From assembly GCA_965204535.1 (NCBI GenBank), contig CBDBEV010000001.1, positions 992,001-1,056,000 of the forward strand: 64,000 nucleotides of DNA. Direction: 5' to 3'. The notes under the pieces are model-generated. The model was not told the DNA's origin and made no database searches. It saw only the letters and a list, made by a program, of their open reading frames with translations. This document shows, piece after piece, positions 36,693-46,810 of the stretch. Position numbers and translations under genes: made by a program. This DNA comes from a bacterium. Its GTDB lineage: Bacteria > UBA8248. The stretch's first letter is position 1. Each line of letters begins with the position of its first letter.

Positions 36693-37298
36693 CTAGGATG
36701 TTGGGATGGGGAACACGCGCACGGCGCCCGGGTATTCGGGGCAGTGCTGCTCGCAGGTGCCGCAGCCCACGCAGGTCTCGCCGATGACGGGGCCTTTCCC
36801 GTCCTCGCGCTCCTCGATGCGAATCGCGCTCTCGCCGATGGGGCAGCGCGTCGCGCAGAAGTTGCATTCCTCATCCGTCCCGTTCCAGGCGTAGCACGTC
36901 TCGAGGTTCACTTCCGCCAGGCCGACCCGGATCTCCTCGCGGGGGACGAGGGTGAGCGCGCCCGTGGGGCAGACCTTCATGCAGGAGAGGTCGTCGCAGA
37001 CTACGCAGGCCCCGTCCACGGGGATGATGCGGGGCGCCTCCATGCCCGAGCCGTCCTCGCGGGGGAGCATGAGGATGGCGTCTGCCGGGCACGCGAGCGC
37101 GCACTGCGCACTGCCCGTGCAGAGGTCGAGAAACTCGGCTTCCGCCGCCGCGCCCGGCGGGCGCAGGACGGGTCCTTCGAGGTTCGAGGGCTGGATTCTC
37201 GTTTCCCCCTGGTGCACCCCCTGCATGAAAGCGCGCATGAAGGAGAGGGGGCCTTCTTTGAAGAACGCCTTGCGGTCGATTTGCTTGTCTTCGGCCAT
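36693..37298 (-). CDS. NapG/MauM-like polyferredoxin
   Basis: LRPPGA, four Cys clusters (CTGSAQCALACP, CVVC...CMKVCP, C.FCATRCP, CVGCGTCEQHCP). Confidence 0.88.
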   Translation of the reverse strand: MAEDKQIDRKAFFKEGPLSFMRAFMQGVHQGETRIQPSNLEGPVLRPPGAAAEAEFLDLCTGSAQCALACPADAILMLPREDGSGMEAPRIIPVDGACVVCDDLSCMKVCPTGALTLVPREEIRVGLAEVNLETCYAWNGTDEECNFCATRCPIGESAIRIEEREDGKGPVIGETCVGCGTCEQHCPEYPGAVRVFPIPTS

Positions 37299-37403
37299 TT
37301 GCTCAAGACCTCTCAAGTCTTGCTTCGCGTCCGATAGTGTGCGACAAGGCGAGTATACAAGACTGTCGCGTTTTCGCATCCCCTCATTTGAAGGAGAACC
37401 TCT

Positions 37404-38669
37404 TTGTCCGGGGATACCGCCACACAGAAAATCCTGGCCCGCGCCAGCGGGCGCGAGCGCGTGGACGTGGGCGACATCGTATGGGCCAAGGTCGACGCCC
37501 ACGTCATGCACGACAACCAGGGGCCGTTCCGCATGGGGAAGGATTTCGCCGAACTGGGCCTTCCCATCTGGAACAAGGATCGCTTCATGCTCACGGCCGA
37601 CCACCACAACCCGCCCACCGGCGACTCGCAGTCGAAGGTGCTGAACGTCACCAGAGCCTGGGCGGCCGAGCAGGAACTCTCCCATTTCTACGACGCCGAG
37701 GGCATCTGCCACATCCTCATGGCGGAGAAGGGCTTCGTGCGTCCGGGCGTTCTCGTCACCGGCACGGACAGCCACACCACCAACACCGGCGCGCTGGGGG
37801 CGCTGGGCGTGGCCATCGGCCCGACGGAGAGCATCGGCGTGCTCGCCAAGGGGGAGGTCTGGCTACGCGTGCCCGAGACGATACGGGTCCACTTCAAGGG
37901 CCGGGTTCCCGCCGGGATTTACGGCAAGGACATGGCGCTGCTCGCGCTCAAGGACCTCAAGGTCGACGGGGCGGAGTATAAAGTGCTCCAGTTCGAGGGC
38001 GAGGCGCTCATGGCGCTACCCGTCGAGGATCGCATGACGCTCTCCAACATGGCGGCAGAGTTCAGCGCCAAAAGCTCCATCATCGACGTGGACGAGGCGA
38101 CGGCGGAATATCTCAAAAACGCAGGCGTGGAAGACGGCTGGGAGGCCGTGCGCTCGGACGCGGATGCGACTTACTTTTCCTCCTACGATTACGACGTGGC
38201 GGATCTGTCGCCCCAGGTGGCGTGTCCCCACAGGATGGACAACGTATACCCGGTCGAGGAGGTGGACTCGCCGCCTCTCCATCGCGCGCACATCGGTTCG
38301 TGCACGGGGGCGAAGCTCCTCGACCTGCAGGCGGCGGCGGCGGTTTTGAAGGGCAGGCGGGTCGCCCACGGGCTTCAGCTGCTCATCGCGCCCGCCAGCA
38401 AAGACATCATGAGCAAGGCCATGGCGGACGGGACACTCGGCGCGCTCATCGACGCGGGCGGCGTGCTCCTGCCCACCACCTGCGGGGTATGCGCGGGCCG
38501 GGGGCCGGGACAACTCGGGGACGGGGAGGTGTGCATCTCCTCGGCCAACCGCAACTACAAGGGACGCATGGGCAGCGCCGAGGCGTCGATATACCTGGCC
38601 TCGGCCGCCACGGTGGCGGCGAGCGCCATCAAGGGCCGCGTGGCGGACCCGAGGGAGTTCATCTCATGA
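37404..38669 (+). CDS. Aconitase-family dehydratase large subunit (LeuC/HacA-like)
   Basis: DH, GICH, GTDSHT, RMTLSNM, IGSCTG, CGVCAG, NRNYKGRMG. Confidence 0.92.
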   Translation: MSGDTATQKILARASGRERVDVGDIVWAKVDAHVMHDNQGPFRMGKDFAELGLPIWNKDRFMLTADHHNPPTGDSQSKVLNVTRAWAAEQELSHFYDAEGICHILMAEKGFVRPGVLVTGTDSHTTNTGALGALGVAIGPTESIGVLAKGEVWLRVPETIRVHFKGRVPAGIYGKDMALLALKDLKVDGAEYKVLQFEGEALMALPVEDRMTLSNMAAEFSAKSSIIDVDEATAEYLKNAGVEDGWEAVRSDADATYFSSYDYDVADLSPQVACPHRMDNVYPVEEVDSPPLHRAHIGSCTGAKLLDLQAAAAVLKGRRVAHGLQLLIAPASKDIMSKAMADGTLGALIDAGGVLLPTTCGVCAGRGPGQLGDGEVCISSANRNYKGRMGSAEASIYLASAATVAASAIKGRVADPREFIS

Positions 38670-39166
38670 GGGGCGAGAAGCAAACCATCGAGGGCGGCGC
38701 CTGGGTGTTCGGCGACAACGTGGATACGGGCTACATCATGCCGTCCAAATACGCGAGCCTGCCGGATGAAGAACTGGCCGCGCACGCCATGGAGGGCATC
38801 GACCCCGATTTCCCCAAAAACGTGCAGGCGGGCGACGTCATCATCGGCGGGCGGAACTTCGGCTGCGGCTCGAGCCGCGAGACGGCCCCGCGCGGCATCA
38901 AGGGCGCGGGCGTGGGCGCCGTCATCGCGCGGACGTTCGCGCGGAATTTTTTCCGGAATTCTCTTTGTATCGGGCTGCCCGTGCTCATCTGCGCCGATGC
39001 GGAATCGATAGAACAGGGCGACCGCGTCCGCGTCGACCCCATCGCGGGCAGGGTCGAGAACCTCACCAGGGGCGAGACGCTGCAAGCCGAACCCCTGCCC
39101 GATCACATCATGGACATGGTGAAGGCGGGCGGCCTCGTGCCCTACCTCAAGCAAACGCTGACGTAA
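38666..39166 (+). CDS. Aconitase-family dehydratase small subunit (LeuD-like)
   Basis: FGDNVDT, NFGCGSSRE, FARNFFRN, AGGLV. Confidence 0.92.
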   Translation: MRGEKQTIEGGAWVFGDNVDTGYIMPSKYASLPDEELAAHAMEGIDPDFPKNVQAGDVIIGGRNFGCGSSRETAPRGIKGAGVGAVIARTFARNFFRNSLCIGLPVLICADAESIEQGDRVRVDPIAGRVENLTRGETLQAEPLPDHIMDMVKAGGLVPYLKQTLT

Positions 39167-39283
39167 GGCGCAATCCCTATGGCGAGGAGTTTCTAGGTCG
39201 CTAAGCAGGATTTGTGAATTCTAATTTATAATTTTTTCTTAATTTTGGGCATGCGCCCCGAAGAGGGCATTCCATATTTGTAA

Positions 39284-39733
39284 TTACGATCTCTTCATAA
39301 AATCATATGTAATGTTGAAGCAAAGTAAGGTATTTGCAACAAACATAATTAACGCTGCTGTATACGGTGAAATGTCATTTGTGAGAACCAAGAAAACAGG
39401 AGCAATACTAAAAGCTGGCAAAAGCCCTTTAGCAATCCAGCCAGCCAATCCGCGTATTAGAATTTTCTTTTTTATTTCTTGAGGCAATTTTTCTAATTTG
39501 CGTAGAGATGCAAAGAAACTGCAATAAATAGCGATGTTTGATGTAATAATTATTAAACTGCCAATTCCGCTCATGGTGCGGAAAAAAATTGTTGTCAATC
39601 CAATAATGATAAAAAACGCCATGCAAAACCGGAATCCGCGCCCATGCGTTTTTATTGTCTCTACGCCCTTCCTGTCATCCTCTTCTTCGCACCAATTTTT
39701 CTCTGCGTACGGATTGATATGTTCCATGCCCAT
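39284..39733 (-). CDS. AT-rich orphan membrane protein (~4 TM segments)
   Basis: 149-aa ORF with hydrophobic segments in a clearly AT-rich patch. Confidence 0.6.
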   Translation of the reverse strand: MGMEHINPYAEKNWCEEEDDRKGVETIKTHGRGFRFCMAFFIIIGLTTIFFRTMSGIGSLIIITSNIAIYCSFFASLRKLEKLPQEIKKKILIRGLAGWIAKGLLPAFSIAPVFLVLTNDISPYTAALIMFVANTLLCFNITYDFMKRS

Positions 39734-39818
39734 AGAAAAATAAGCCTCTTGCTGAAGAGAAATCGCAATTATTTTTAGTCTACGCCGAGCGGGCCGCGTC
39801 GCTCATCTTGTCATGGCC

Positions 39819-40661
39819 CTACGGCGCGACGACGGTGCTCCTGAGCACGCCGATGTTCTCAATCTCGCACTCCACCACGTCGCCCACGTTCAAAAGCCCC
39901 GGCGGGTCCATGGCGAAGCCCACGCCCTCGGGCGTGCCGGTGGCGATCATGTCGCCGGGTACGAGCGTGAAGCTCTCGGACAGCACCGAGACGACAGTGG
40001 CGATATCGAAGATCATGTCGTTCGTGTTCGAGCTCTGCCGCGTCCGGCCGTTCACGCGCGTGATGACGGCCAGATTGTTCCCGTCGCCCGCCTCGTCCTT
40101 GGTGACAATCCAGGGGCCCAAGGGGCCGAAGCTGTCGAGCGCCTTGCCCTTGAACCACTGGTTGTGGGCGCGCTGCACGTCCCGCGCCGATACCTCGTTC
40201 ATGATGGTGTAGCCGTATACGTGATCCATGGCTTCTTCGACGGAGATGTTGATTCCCTCCTTGCCGATCACGATGACGAGTTCGCACTCATAATCGAGTT
40301 CGTTCACGTTCCCGTGCATGATGATCTCCCCGTCGGGCCTGTTGTGCGAACCCGGCCACTTGCAGAAGAACACCGGAATCTCGGGGTAGACGCCCACCGG
40401 GCGCCCGTATTTGCGCGCGCCCTCATCGGCGTGTTTCTTGTAGTTGAGGCCCACGGCGATGACGGGCCGCGCAAGTTTCGCCACCGGCGCGAGCATCTTG
40501 ATGGATTCGAACGCCACCGGCTCGCCGTTGGTCTCGGGCGTCCCGCCCCGGGCGATGACTTCCGCCGCGTCGCCCGTTTTGGGGACGACGTCCTCCACGC
40601 CGTTTTCCGTCAATACGGCGACGCGGGGGCCCGTATCCGATTCATAAGTCAAAAGTTTCAT
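39819..40661 (-). CDS. Fumarylacetoacetate hydrolase family protein
   Basis: GLNY..HA, DYECEL, NEVSARD, GKALDSFGPLGP, ATGTPEGVG. Confidence 0.93.
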   Translation of the reverse strand: MKLLTYESDTGPRVAVLTENGVEDVVPKTGDAAEVIARGGTPETNGEPVAFESIKMLAPVAKLARPVIAVGLNYKKHADEGARKYGRPVGVYPEIPVFFCKWPGSHNRPDGEIIMHGNVNELDYECELVIVIGKEGINISVEEAMDHVYGYTIMNEVSARDVQRAHNQWFKGKALDSFGPLGPWIVTKDEAGDGNNLAVITRVNGRTRQSSNTNDMIFDIATVVSVLSESFTLVPGDMIATGTPEGVGFAMDPPGLLNVGDVVECEIENIGVLRSTVVAP

Positions 40662-40706
40662 TTTTTCTCCCCGTTATCATGAAAATTGGGAATGGAAATT
40701 GGAATT

Positions 40707-41492
40707 TCAGCCTGCGAGTTCCCGAATCATGCTCGCCTGCGACTTGGCGCCTGCGATCATGAAGTTCAAATCGCTGCCCGAGAGGATGAAGCGCATCCCC
40801 TCCTTGATTCTGCGCTCGATCATCTGCGGGTCGTAGGACCCGCCCATGCCGGCTATCTTGCCGTGCTTCTTACAGGCGGCGTTCACCTGGTCATACACCT
40901 TGTTGACTTTGGGATGATCGTGCTGGCCGACGATTCCCATCCCCAGGCTCAGGTCGTTCGTGCCGATGAGCAGCACGTCGATTCCATCCACGGCGGCGAT
41001 GGCGTCCGCCTCCTCACCTGCTTCGGGCGTCTCGATCATGGCGACGAGCAGCGTCTCGTCGTTGATGCCGCTTAGAAGCGCCATCGGGTCCATGGCCTCG
41101 AAACGGCCGTGGGCCAGCCCGCCGCCCGCACTGCGTCCACCCTCGGGCGGGAATTTGCAGATTTTCACGAATTCGGCGGCCTCTTGCGCGTTGTTCACGT
41201 GCGGCAGGACGATGCCCTGCGCACCTGAGTCCAGAATGCGCGTGCTCAGGTGCGGGTCGAGCGACGCCACGCGCACGAGCGGCGTGATGCCCTGCGTCAG
41301 GGCGGCGATGGAAATCTGCTGCGCGGTTTCCAGATCGAAGGGTCCGTGTTCGAGATCGATGAAGAGCCAGTCGAAGCCGGCCGCCTTCATGGCGAGGCCG
41401 ACCTCCACCGTTCGCGCCATGCGCACGCCCGCGCCCAGGGTGACCTCTCCGGCGTAGGATTTTCTTTTCGTCTCGTTCGTGATGATGGGCAA
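40707..41492 (-). CDS. HpcH/HpaI aldolase family protein
   Basis: GFDWLFIDLEH, LDSGAQG, MIETP, IGTNDL; TTG start after GGAGG. Confidence 0.9.
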   Translation of the reverse strand: MPIITNETKRKSYAGEVTLGAGVRMARTVEVGLAMKAAGFDWLFIDLEHGPFDLETAQQISIAALTQGITPLVRVASLDPHLSTRILDSGAQGIVLPHVNNAQEAAEFVKICKFPPEGGRSAGGGLAHGRFEAMDPMALLSGINDETLLVAMIETPEAGEEADAIAAVDGIDVLLIGTNDLSLGMGIVGQHDHPKVNKVYDQVNAACKKHGKIAGMGGSYDPQMIERRIKEGMRFILSGSDLNFMIAGAKSQASMIRELAG

Positions 41493-41720
41493 GGCGAAGA
41501 CCTCCATTCGAGGAAAAACATCTGAAATTGCGGAATCGACCGATATGGGTTCCCGTGCCCTCATGGAATACTCCACTTGGGCCATCTCGGCAAGGGCGGC
41601 GGGAGATCGGCCATGAGGAGGGGCCGCTCATGGCGATGACGCCGGCGGGTGGATCGCGTATCCTCGAACCAAACGCTGAGCCGCTTTCGTTTATCGGGTC
41701 ATACTCTCGGGAGGCCTTTG

Positions 41721-42224
41721 ATGATTCGTTCCATCCGTTTGCAGCATATCGGGATCAAGGTGCGCGATCTGGATCGCGCGATAAAATTCTACTCCGAAGT
41801 CCTGGGCTTCAAGCTGCGCTCGCGCCACGAGGCGGGCAGCCACCCGGCGGCGCCGTTCGCCTCGGCGTTCATGTATCTGGACGACTACCACCATCAACTG
41901 GCGATTTTCAGCGTGCCCGAGGACTGGGTGGAAGAAGAAGGCGGGGACACCGTGCCGCGCCATGACGTGGGACTTCACCACCTCGCGTTCGAGGTGGCGG
42001 ATCAGGGGGCGTTCGACGACGCGGTGGCCTACATCCGCTCGCGCCCCGACATCGAGGTCGTCTGGGGCCCCTTGCGCCTCGATGAGAGTAACGGCCTCTG
42101 GGGCGGACACGAGGGCATATATTTCCTGGACCCCGACGGCAACCGCATCGAGGTGTTCCACGATTCGGATATGTTCCCCGGCAGCCGGCCCGCCTGGCGG
42201 GACGCGCGGGAGGATGAATGCTGA
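41721..42224 (+). CDS. VOC (glyoxalase / extradiol dioxygenase-like) protein
   Basis: LQHIG, HHQLA, GLHHLAFEV, IYFLDPDGNRIEV. Confidence 0.9.
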   Translation: MIRSIRLQHIGIKVRDLDRAIKFYSEVLGFKLRSRHEAGSHPAAPFASAFMYLDDYHHQLAIFSVPEDWVEEEGGDTVPRHDVGLHHLAFEVADQGAFDDAVAYIRSRPDIEVVWGPLRLDESNGLWGGHEGIYFLDPDGNRIEVFHDSDMFPGSRPAWRDAREDEC

Positions 42225-42829
42225 TCGACGGGCCGAGCCTCCTCGCTCTGGCGGTGGTTTTCGGCGCGGTCGTCTACTGCGTTTTCTTTCGAGACGTGTG
42301 GCTGACCCGCCGCATGAAGCCGCTAATCGAAATTCTGGATGCGGGTACGGCCCGTCTCGAAGGCGGACGGCTGAGCGGTCGCTATTCGGGAAAGCGCGCG
42401 TGGTTCGAGTATCGCGCGCAAACCCGCCAAAGCCCCGCCGCGATGCGGATAGGCGTCGCCTGCGCCGCTTCTCATTCGTTCAGAATCCACAAGAAAGCGG
42501 AAAGCCTCCAGCCGCCTGAGCGCGCTTGTCTTGAGAATGAAGTCGCCGGCCCGAATCTTCAGAACTTCTATTCGGGCGATCCGCTCTGGGATTCAGAACT
42601 CGCACTTGCGGCGGAGTGCGAAGCCTCGTTCCGCGGGTGGATCAACCGGCCCGACGTGCACGAAACTGTAGGCGCGATAGTCTTGCGGCCTCTCACCACC
42701 ATCTTGCTCTGCGATAAGGACGCGCTGTGGGCCGTCTATCCGGGGGCTTCCGCCGAGGCCGTCTTCCAGAGTTCTTTCGCCAGGGATGCGCTCGATGAAC
42801 TCGTGTTGCTGAGCGAAACCCTGGCTTGA
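42218..42829 (+). CDS. Hypothetical membrane-anchored protein
   Basis: N-terminal TM segment, GGAGG RBS, overlaps VOC gene stop. Confidence 0.6.
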   Translation: MLIDGPSLLALAVVFGAVVYCVFFRDVWLTRRMKPLIEILDAGTARLEGGRLSGRYSGKRAWFEYRAQTRQSPAAMRIGVACAASHSFRIHKKAESLQPPERACLENEVAGPNLQNFYSGDPLWDSELALAAECEASFRGWINRPDVHETVGAIVLRPLTTILLCDKDALWAVYPGASAEAVFQSSFARDALDELVLLSETLA

Positions 42830-42882
42830 GGGTTATGCGGCGGGTATTCGAGCGTGAGCGCTCATAAACCGATATCTGAAAA

Positions 42883-43476
42883 CTATTTTTTAAGCGGCGG
42901 GAGCCTCAACAGGATGAGGTTGAACTTCTCGTCCATCAGGTCGAATTTCTTGTCCATCTTCTCGTCCAGACGGGTTATTCTTTCGTTAATTTTCAGTTCC
43001 AAACGGTCTATTTTCTTCTCGATTTTTTGATCCAGCACTTCTATTTTCCTCTCGAGTTTCCGATCCAGCATCGTTATCTTGCTATCGAACTTCTGGTTCA
43101 ACTGGCTTATTTTCGTGTCGATCTTCTGGCTCAACCGGGTAATTTTCGTGTCGACCGTCTGGTTCAACTGACTTGTTTTCGTGTCGATTTGCTCATTCAG
43201 CAGGTCTATTCTTTCTCTGTTCTGCCCGATAGCTTCACGCAATTGGCCGAAATGCTCGTTCATCTGCTTCTCGAAGCGGGCGAAGTTGCCGTTCGTGTTC
43301 CCGTCCGCCGCGTCGAGCCTCTTGACTTCCGCGTCGACGCGCGCCCTGACGGGCGTGACCTGGGCGCTGACCATGAATACCGTGAATTGATAGATACCGC
43401 CCGCTATCGCGGCCATGAACAGCCCGAACGTCCATACGCCGGCGTTGGTTTTGAAATGATCGAAGAGTTTTTGCAT
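42883..43476 (-). CDS. Membrane-anchored hendecad coiled-coil protein (Bdr/CCDC90-like)
   Basis: TM segment followed by 11-aa repeats (IDTKTSQLNQT/VDTKITRLSQK/IDTKISQLNQK...); TTTTCGTGTCGA recurs at 33-bp spacing (43110, 43143, 43176). Confidence 0.75.
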   Translation of the reverse strand: MQKLFDHFKTNAGVWTFGLFMAAIAGGIYQFTVFMVSAQVTPVRARVDAEVKRLDAADGNTNGNFARFEKQMNEHFGQLREAIGQNRERIDLLNEQIDTKTSQLNQTVDTKITRLSQKIDTKISQLNQKFDSKITMLDRKLERKIEVLDQKIEKKIDRLELKINERITRLDEKMDKKFDLMDEKFNLILLRLPPLKK

Positions 43477-43763
43477 GGTTCCCCCCGCCTCCGGTGAGTA
43501 AGAAAGAGTACGGGTCCTCTACACGGAGACTAGCGATTTTGGACCGAAAAGTCAAAAGGGCATCATAAGCAGCCTGTTTCTCGTTCTCCGTTCTTTATGA
43601 ATATCCCCCTTTGGCAGGGGTGGTTCGCGAACCGCCCTGCTGTATGAAGAAATGGCAGGTTCGGAAGCGACTGGAATTGCGGAGCGCCCCGCCTTTCCGC
43701 CTCCCCCGCATCTGTACTAGAATCGCCGGAATTTCATACTAAAAACGCAGGGGAGTATTCCGC

Positions 43764-44882
43764 ATGGCCAACTATCACGAACGCCCGGCGCCGCGCTTCG
43801 ACTGGTTCATCCCGATCGACGGCGACGGCGAACACATCGGCACGCTGCGGGCCGAGCGTCCGCCCACGTTTGAATACCTGAGCGAGGTGGTGAAGGCGGC
43901 GGAGGAGAACGGTTTCTACTCCATGCTCATCCCCACGCGCTTCGCCAACGGGCTTTTCGACCAGGGCGCGCCCCTGGCGGAGACCTGGACGATGGTGACG
44001 GCGCTCGCCGCGCGAAGCGAGAAGATACGTTTTCTCATCGCCGTGCGCCCCGGTTTCGTGAACCCCGGTCTTTTCGCGCAGATGGCGGCCACGCTCAGCC
44101 AGATCACGGGCGGGCGCGTGGATTTGAACGTCGTGCCCGGCGGCATCAAGGGCGAGTTCGAAAAGATGGGCGAGCGGATCGACCACGACACGCGCTACGA
44201 GCGGGCGGAGGAGTTCATCGCCGCCATCCGCAAGCTCTGGGAAAAACCTGAGCCTGTCAGCTTCGACGGAAAATTCGTGAAGCTGAGCGACGTGCACTGC
44301 TCGCCCGGCCCGGCGGGAGAGACGCCCCAGTTCTATCTCGGCGGCGCATCGCCCGCCGCGCTCAAGCTCGCGGGAACGCAGTCGGATGTCTATCTCGGCT
44401 GGATAGGGCCGGTGGAGGAGACCAGAAAGCACCTGGAGCGCGCACGGGCCTCTTTCGCCGAGGCGGGGCGGACGCCCGTCTTCGGCGTGCGCTCCCATCT
44501 GGTGATGCGCGACACTGAAGAAGATGCCTGGGAGGAGACGCGCGAGCTTTTGAGCCGCGCGGAGGATTCCGTGAAGGCGCAGCGCGGTGCGCTGGTGGCC
44601 GGCACGAGCATGGTGGGCGCCGCCGCGCAGGCGCGCGCGTTCGAGGATTTCCGGGTCGGGCCGCATCTTTGGAACGGCATCTCCCAGGTGCGGGTGAACT
44701 GCGGCTCCGCGCTCGTGGGAACGCCCGAGCAAATCACAGAGGAGCTTCTGGGCTATTGGCGGCTGGGCATCGACGAGTTCATCCTCTCGGGCTACCCCCA
44801 CGTGGAGGAATGCCACCGCGCCGCGCGCGACCTGATTCCCCGAATCAAGGAGATGATCGAGCGCGAGCGTAGCGCGGCGTAA
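43764..44882 (+). CDS. LLM-class monooxygenase, SsuD/MsuD-like
   Basis: WFIP..GDG, AEENGF, FLIAVRPG, GRVDLNVV, GGAS, ALVGTPEQ, FILSGYPH. Confidence 0.88.
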   Translation: MANYHERPAPRFDWFIPIDGDGEHIGTLRAERPPTFEYLSEVVKAAEENGFYSMLIPTRFANGLFDQGAPLAETWTMVTALAARSEKIRFLIAVRPGFVNPGLFAQMAATLSQITGGRVDLNVVPGGIKGEFEKMGERIDHDTRYERAEEFIAAIRKLWEKPEPVSFDGKFVKLSDVHCSPGPAGETPQFYLGGASPAALKLAGTQSDVYLGWIGPVEETRKHLERARASFAEAGRTPVFGVRSHLVMRDTEEDAWEETRELLSRAEDSVKAQRGALVAGTSMVGAAAQARAFEDFRVGPHLWNGISQVRVNCGSALVGTPEQITEELLGYWRLGIDEFILSGYPHVEECHRAARDLIPRIKEMIERERSAA

Positions 44883-44976
44883 GACTGGCGCAAGGTTTTG
44901 CGCTTTAACGGGCGGGAGGCGTTTTCCGTTCTTTATCCTGTCAGGCAATCCATACTGATTATATGAAGGAGAGATC

Positions 44977-45960
44977 ATGCGAGCCGTCTGGTATGAAGCG
45001 TATGGCCCGGCCAAGGAAGTGCTGGAATTCGGTGAACTCGAAACCCCGGAACCAGGAACCGGCGAGGTGCGCGTGAGGCTCCACGCCTCGGGCGCGAACC
45101 CTTCGGACTACAAAGGCCGCCTGGGTTCTCGCGGCGAGATGCGCTGGCCGAGAATTATCCCGCACTCGGACGGCGCGGGCGTCATCGAGAGCGTGGGCGA
45201 GGGCGTGGACGCGGCCCGCGTGGGCGAGCGCGTCTGGATATTCAACGGCCAGTGGCAAAGGCCATACGGCACGGCGGCGGAGTTCATCGTTCTGCCCGAG
45301 CGGCAGGCGGTGCCGCTGGCGGATTCGGTGGATTTCGCCCAGGGCGCGTGTCTGGCAATTCCGGCGATGACCGCCCACAGGGCGCTTTTTATCGACGGGC
45401 CTATCATGGGGCAGACCGCGCTCGTCACCGGCGGGGCGGGCGCCGTGGGGCGCTACGGCGTGCAGCTCGCCAAGTGGGGGGGCGCCGATGTCATCGCCAC
45501 GGTCAGCAGCGAGGAGAAGGCGCGGATCGCGCGCGAGGCGGGTGCGGACCACGTCGTGAACTACCGCGATGAGGACGCGGCGGAGCGCATCATGGAGATT
45601 ACAAATGGGGCGGGCGTGGACAGGATTTGCGAGGTGGATTTCGGCGAGAACCTCGAAATCACCCGCCAAGTGCTCAAGGGAAACGGAACCGTCGCCGCCT
45701 ACGGCTCCACGCGCGTTCCCGAGCCCGTCCTGCCCTGGTACCAGATGATGCCCGAGAACACGGCCGTCCGCATGGTGTTCGTCTACACCATGCCGGATTC
45801 GGCGATAGCCCAGGCCTGTGCGGACATCAACGCCGCGTGCGATGCGGGCGCGCTCACCCACCACATCGGCGCGCGCTTTGCCCTAGAGGAGACCGCCGCC
45901 GCGCACGAGATCATGGAGAATTTCGCGAATGTCGGGAACGTGGTGGTGGAAATCGATTGA
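44977..45960 (+). CDS. NADPH:quinone reductase (zeta-crystallin-like)
   Basis: NPSD.K, PHSDGAG, GTAAEF, GGAGAVG, AH..ME....GNVV. Confidence 0.92.
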   Translation: MRAVWYEAYGPAKEVLEFGELETPEPGTGEVRVRLHASGANPSDYKGRLGSRGEMRWPRIIPHSDGAGVIESVGEGVDAARVGERVWIFNGQWQRPYGTAAEFIVLPERQAVPLADSVDFAQGACLAIPAMTAHRALFIDGPIMGQTALVTGGAGAVGRYGVQLAKWGGADVIATVSSEEKARIAREAGADHVVNYRDEDAAERIMEITNGAGVDRICEVDFGENLEITRQVLKGNGTVAAYGSTRVPEPVLPWYQMMPENTAVRMVFVYTMPDSAIAQACADINAACDAGALTHHIGARFALEETAAAHEIMENFANVGNVVVEID

Positions 45961-45992
45961 GGCGGGCGGAGGCGCTTGCGCGCGGAATCTTC

Positions 45993-46021
45993 TTGAAAGA
46001 TAGCGCGCGAGGGCCTATATT
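45993..46021 (+). promoter_or_regulatory. Putative sigma70 promoter TTGAAA-17-TATATT
   Basis: Near-consensus hexamers, 17-bp spacer. Confidence 0.5.
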
Positions 46022-46153
46022 TGAAGTAGACCATAGGGGGTTGATGGAGTGATGGAGTCTAGTCCCCTGAAGCAGCGCGCCGGCCTCTTGGGGGATGTCA
46101 AAAGACAGCCGGCGCAAGGAATTCGGCAGGCCTCCGCAGGCGGAAAAACAAGA

Positions 46154-46182
46154 AAGCGGGGTCTCCGGAGACTCCGCTTTTT
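46154..46182 (+). terminator. Intrinsic terminator AAAGCGGGGTCTCCGGAGACTCCGCTTTTT
   Basis: GC-rich hairpin with U tract. Confidence 0.7.
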
Positions 46183-46235
46183 GCTTGGCGCACGGACGGG
46201 CACATTGCATTTCATTCATATCGGAGGGAAACGCC

Positions 46236-46748
46236 ATGCGAATATATGACCCCAAGAAAGTACTGGCAGCCGTAGATTTCTCGGAACTCAGCCGGGGCGT
46301 CCTGAAGGTCGCGGCGGAGATCGGGGAGAACCGCAACGCCGAAGTCATGGCCATTCACGTAGCGAGAAATCCCGACTACGCGGCTAAATACGGCGGCTAC
46401 GGCGCGGAGCTCGTAGGCACCATCTCTCCGAGCAAATTACTCGAAGATACGCGCGTCGAACTGGAGAGCAACCTCGACGTGATGACGAAACAAATCGAAT
46501 CGGCCGTGCCCATTGAGACCCTCGTCGTATTCGGCGAACCGGTGAAGGAGATCGTCCAATTCGCCGACACGGGGGATTTCGACCTCCTCGTCATGGGTAC
46601 GCACGGCCACAACATGGTGAGCCGATTCCTGATCGGGAGCGTCTCCGAGCAGGTCCTGAGGCGCGCGCCGTGTCCGGTGTTCCTGCTGAGGGACAAGGTG
46701 GCCCTGAAAAAGCTGGAGGAAATGGACGCGGAATCGGTCGAAAGCTAG
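46236..46748 (+). CDS. Universal stress protein
   Basis: VLAAVDFS, GEP..EI, DLLVMGTHG, GSVSEQVLRRAPCPV. Confidence 0.93.
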   Translation: MRIYDPKKVLAAVDFSELSRGVLKVAAEIGENRNAEVMAIHVARNPDYAAKYGGYGAELVGTISPSKLLEDTRVELESNLDVMTKQIESAVPIETLVVFGEPVKEIVQFADTGDFDLLVMGTHGHNMVSRFLIGSVSEQVLRRAPCPVFLLRDKVALKKLEEMDAESVES

Positions 46749-46764
46749 AATCAAGCCGCATCGC

Positions 46765-46810
46765 ACCGCCCCCTCCGGCTCAGGAACCGCGCCGGAGGGG
46801 GCGGTTTTTT
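46765..46810 (+). terminator. Intrinsic terminator after usp
   Basis: ACCGCCCCCTCCGGC/GCCGGAGGGGGCGGT stem plus T tract. Confidence 0.8.

Noticed and set aside
37404-39166. Assigning leuC/leuD symbols
   Set aside because: Short HacA/DmdA-like type with no leuA/leuB nearby; substrate cannot be determined from sequence
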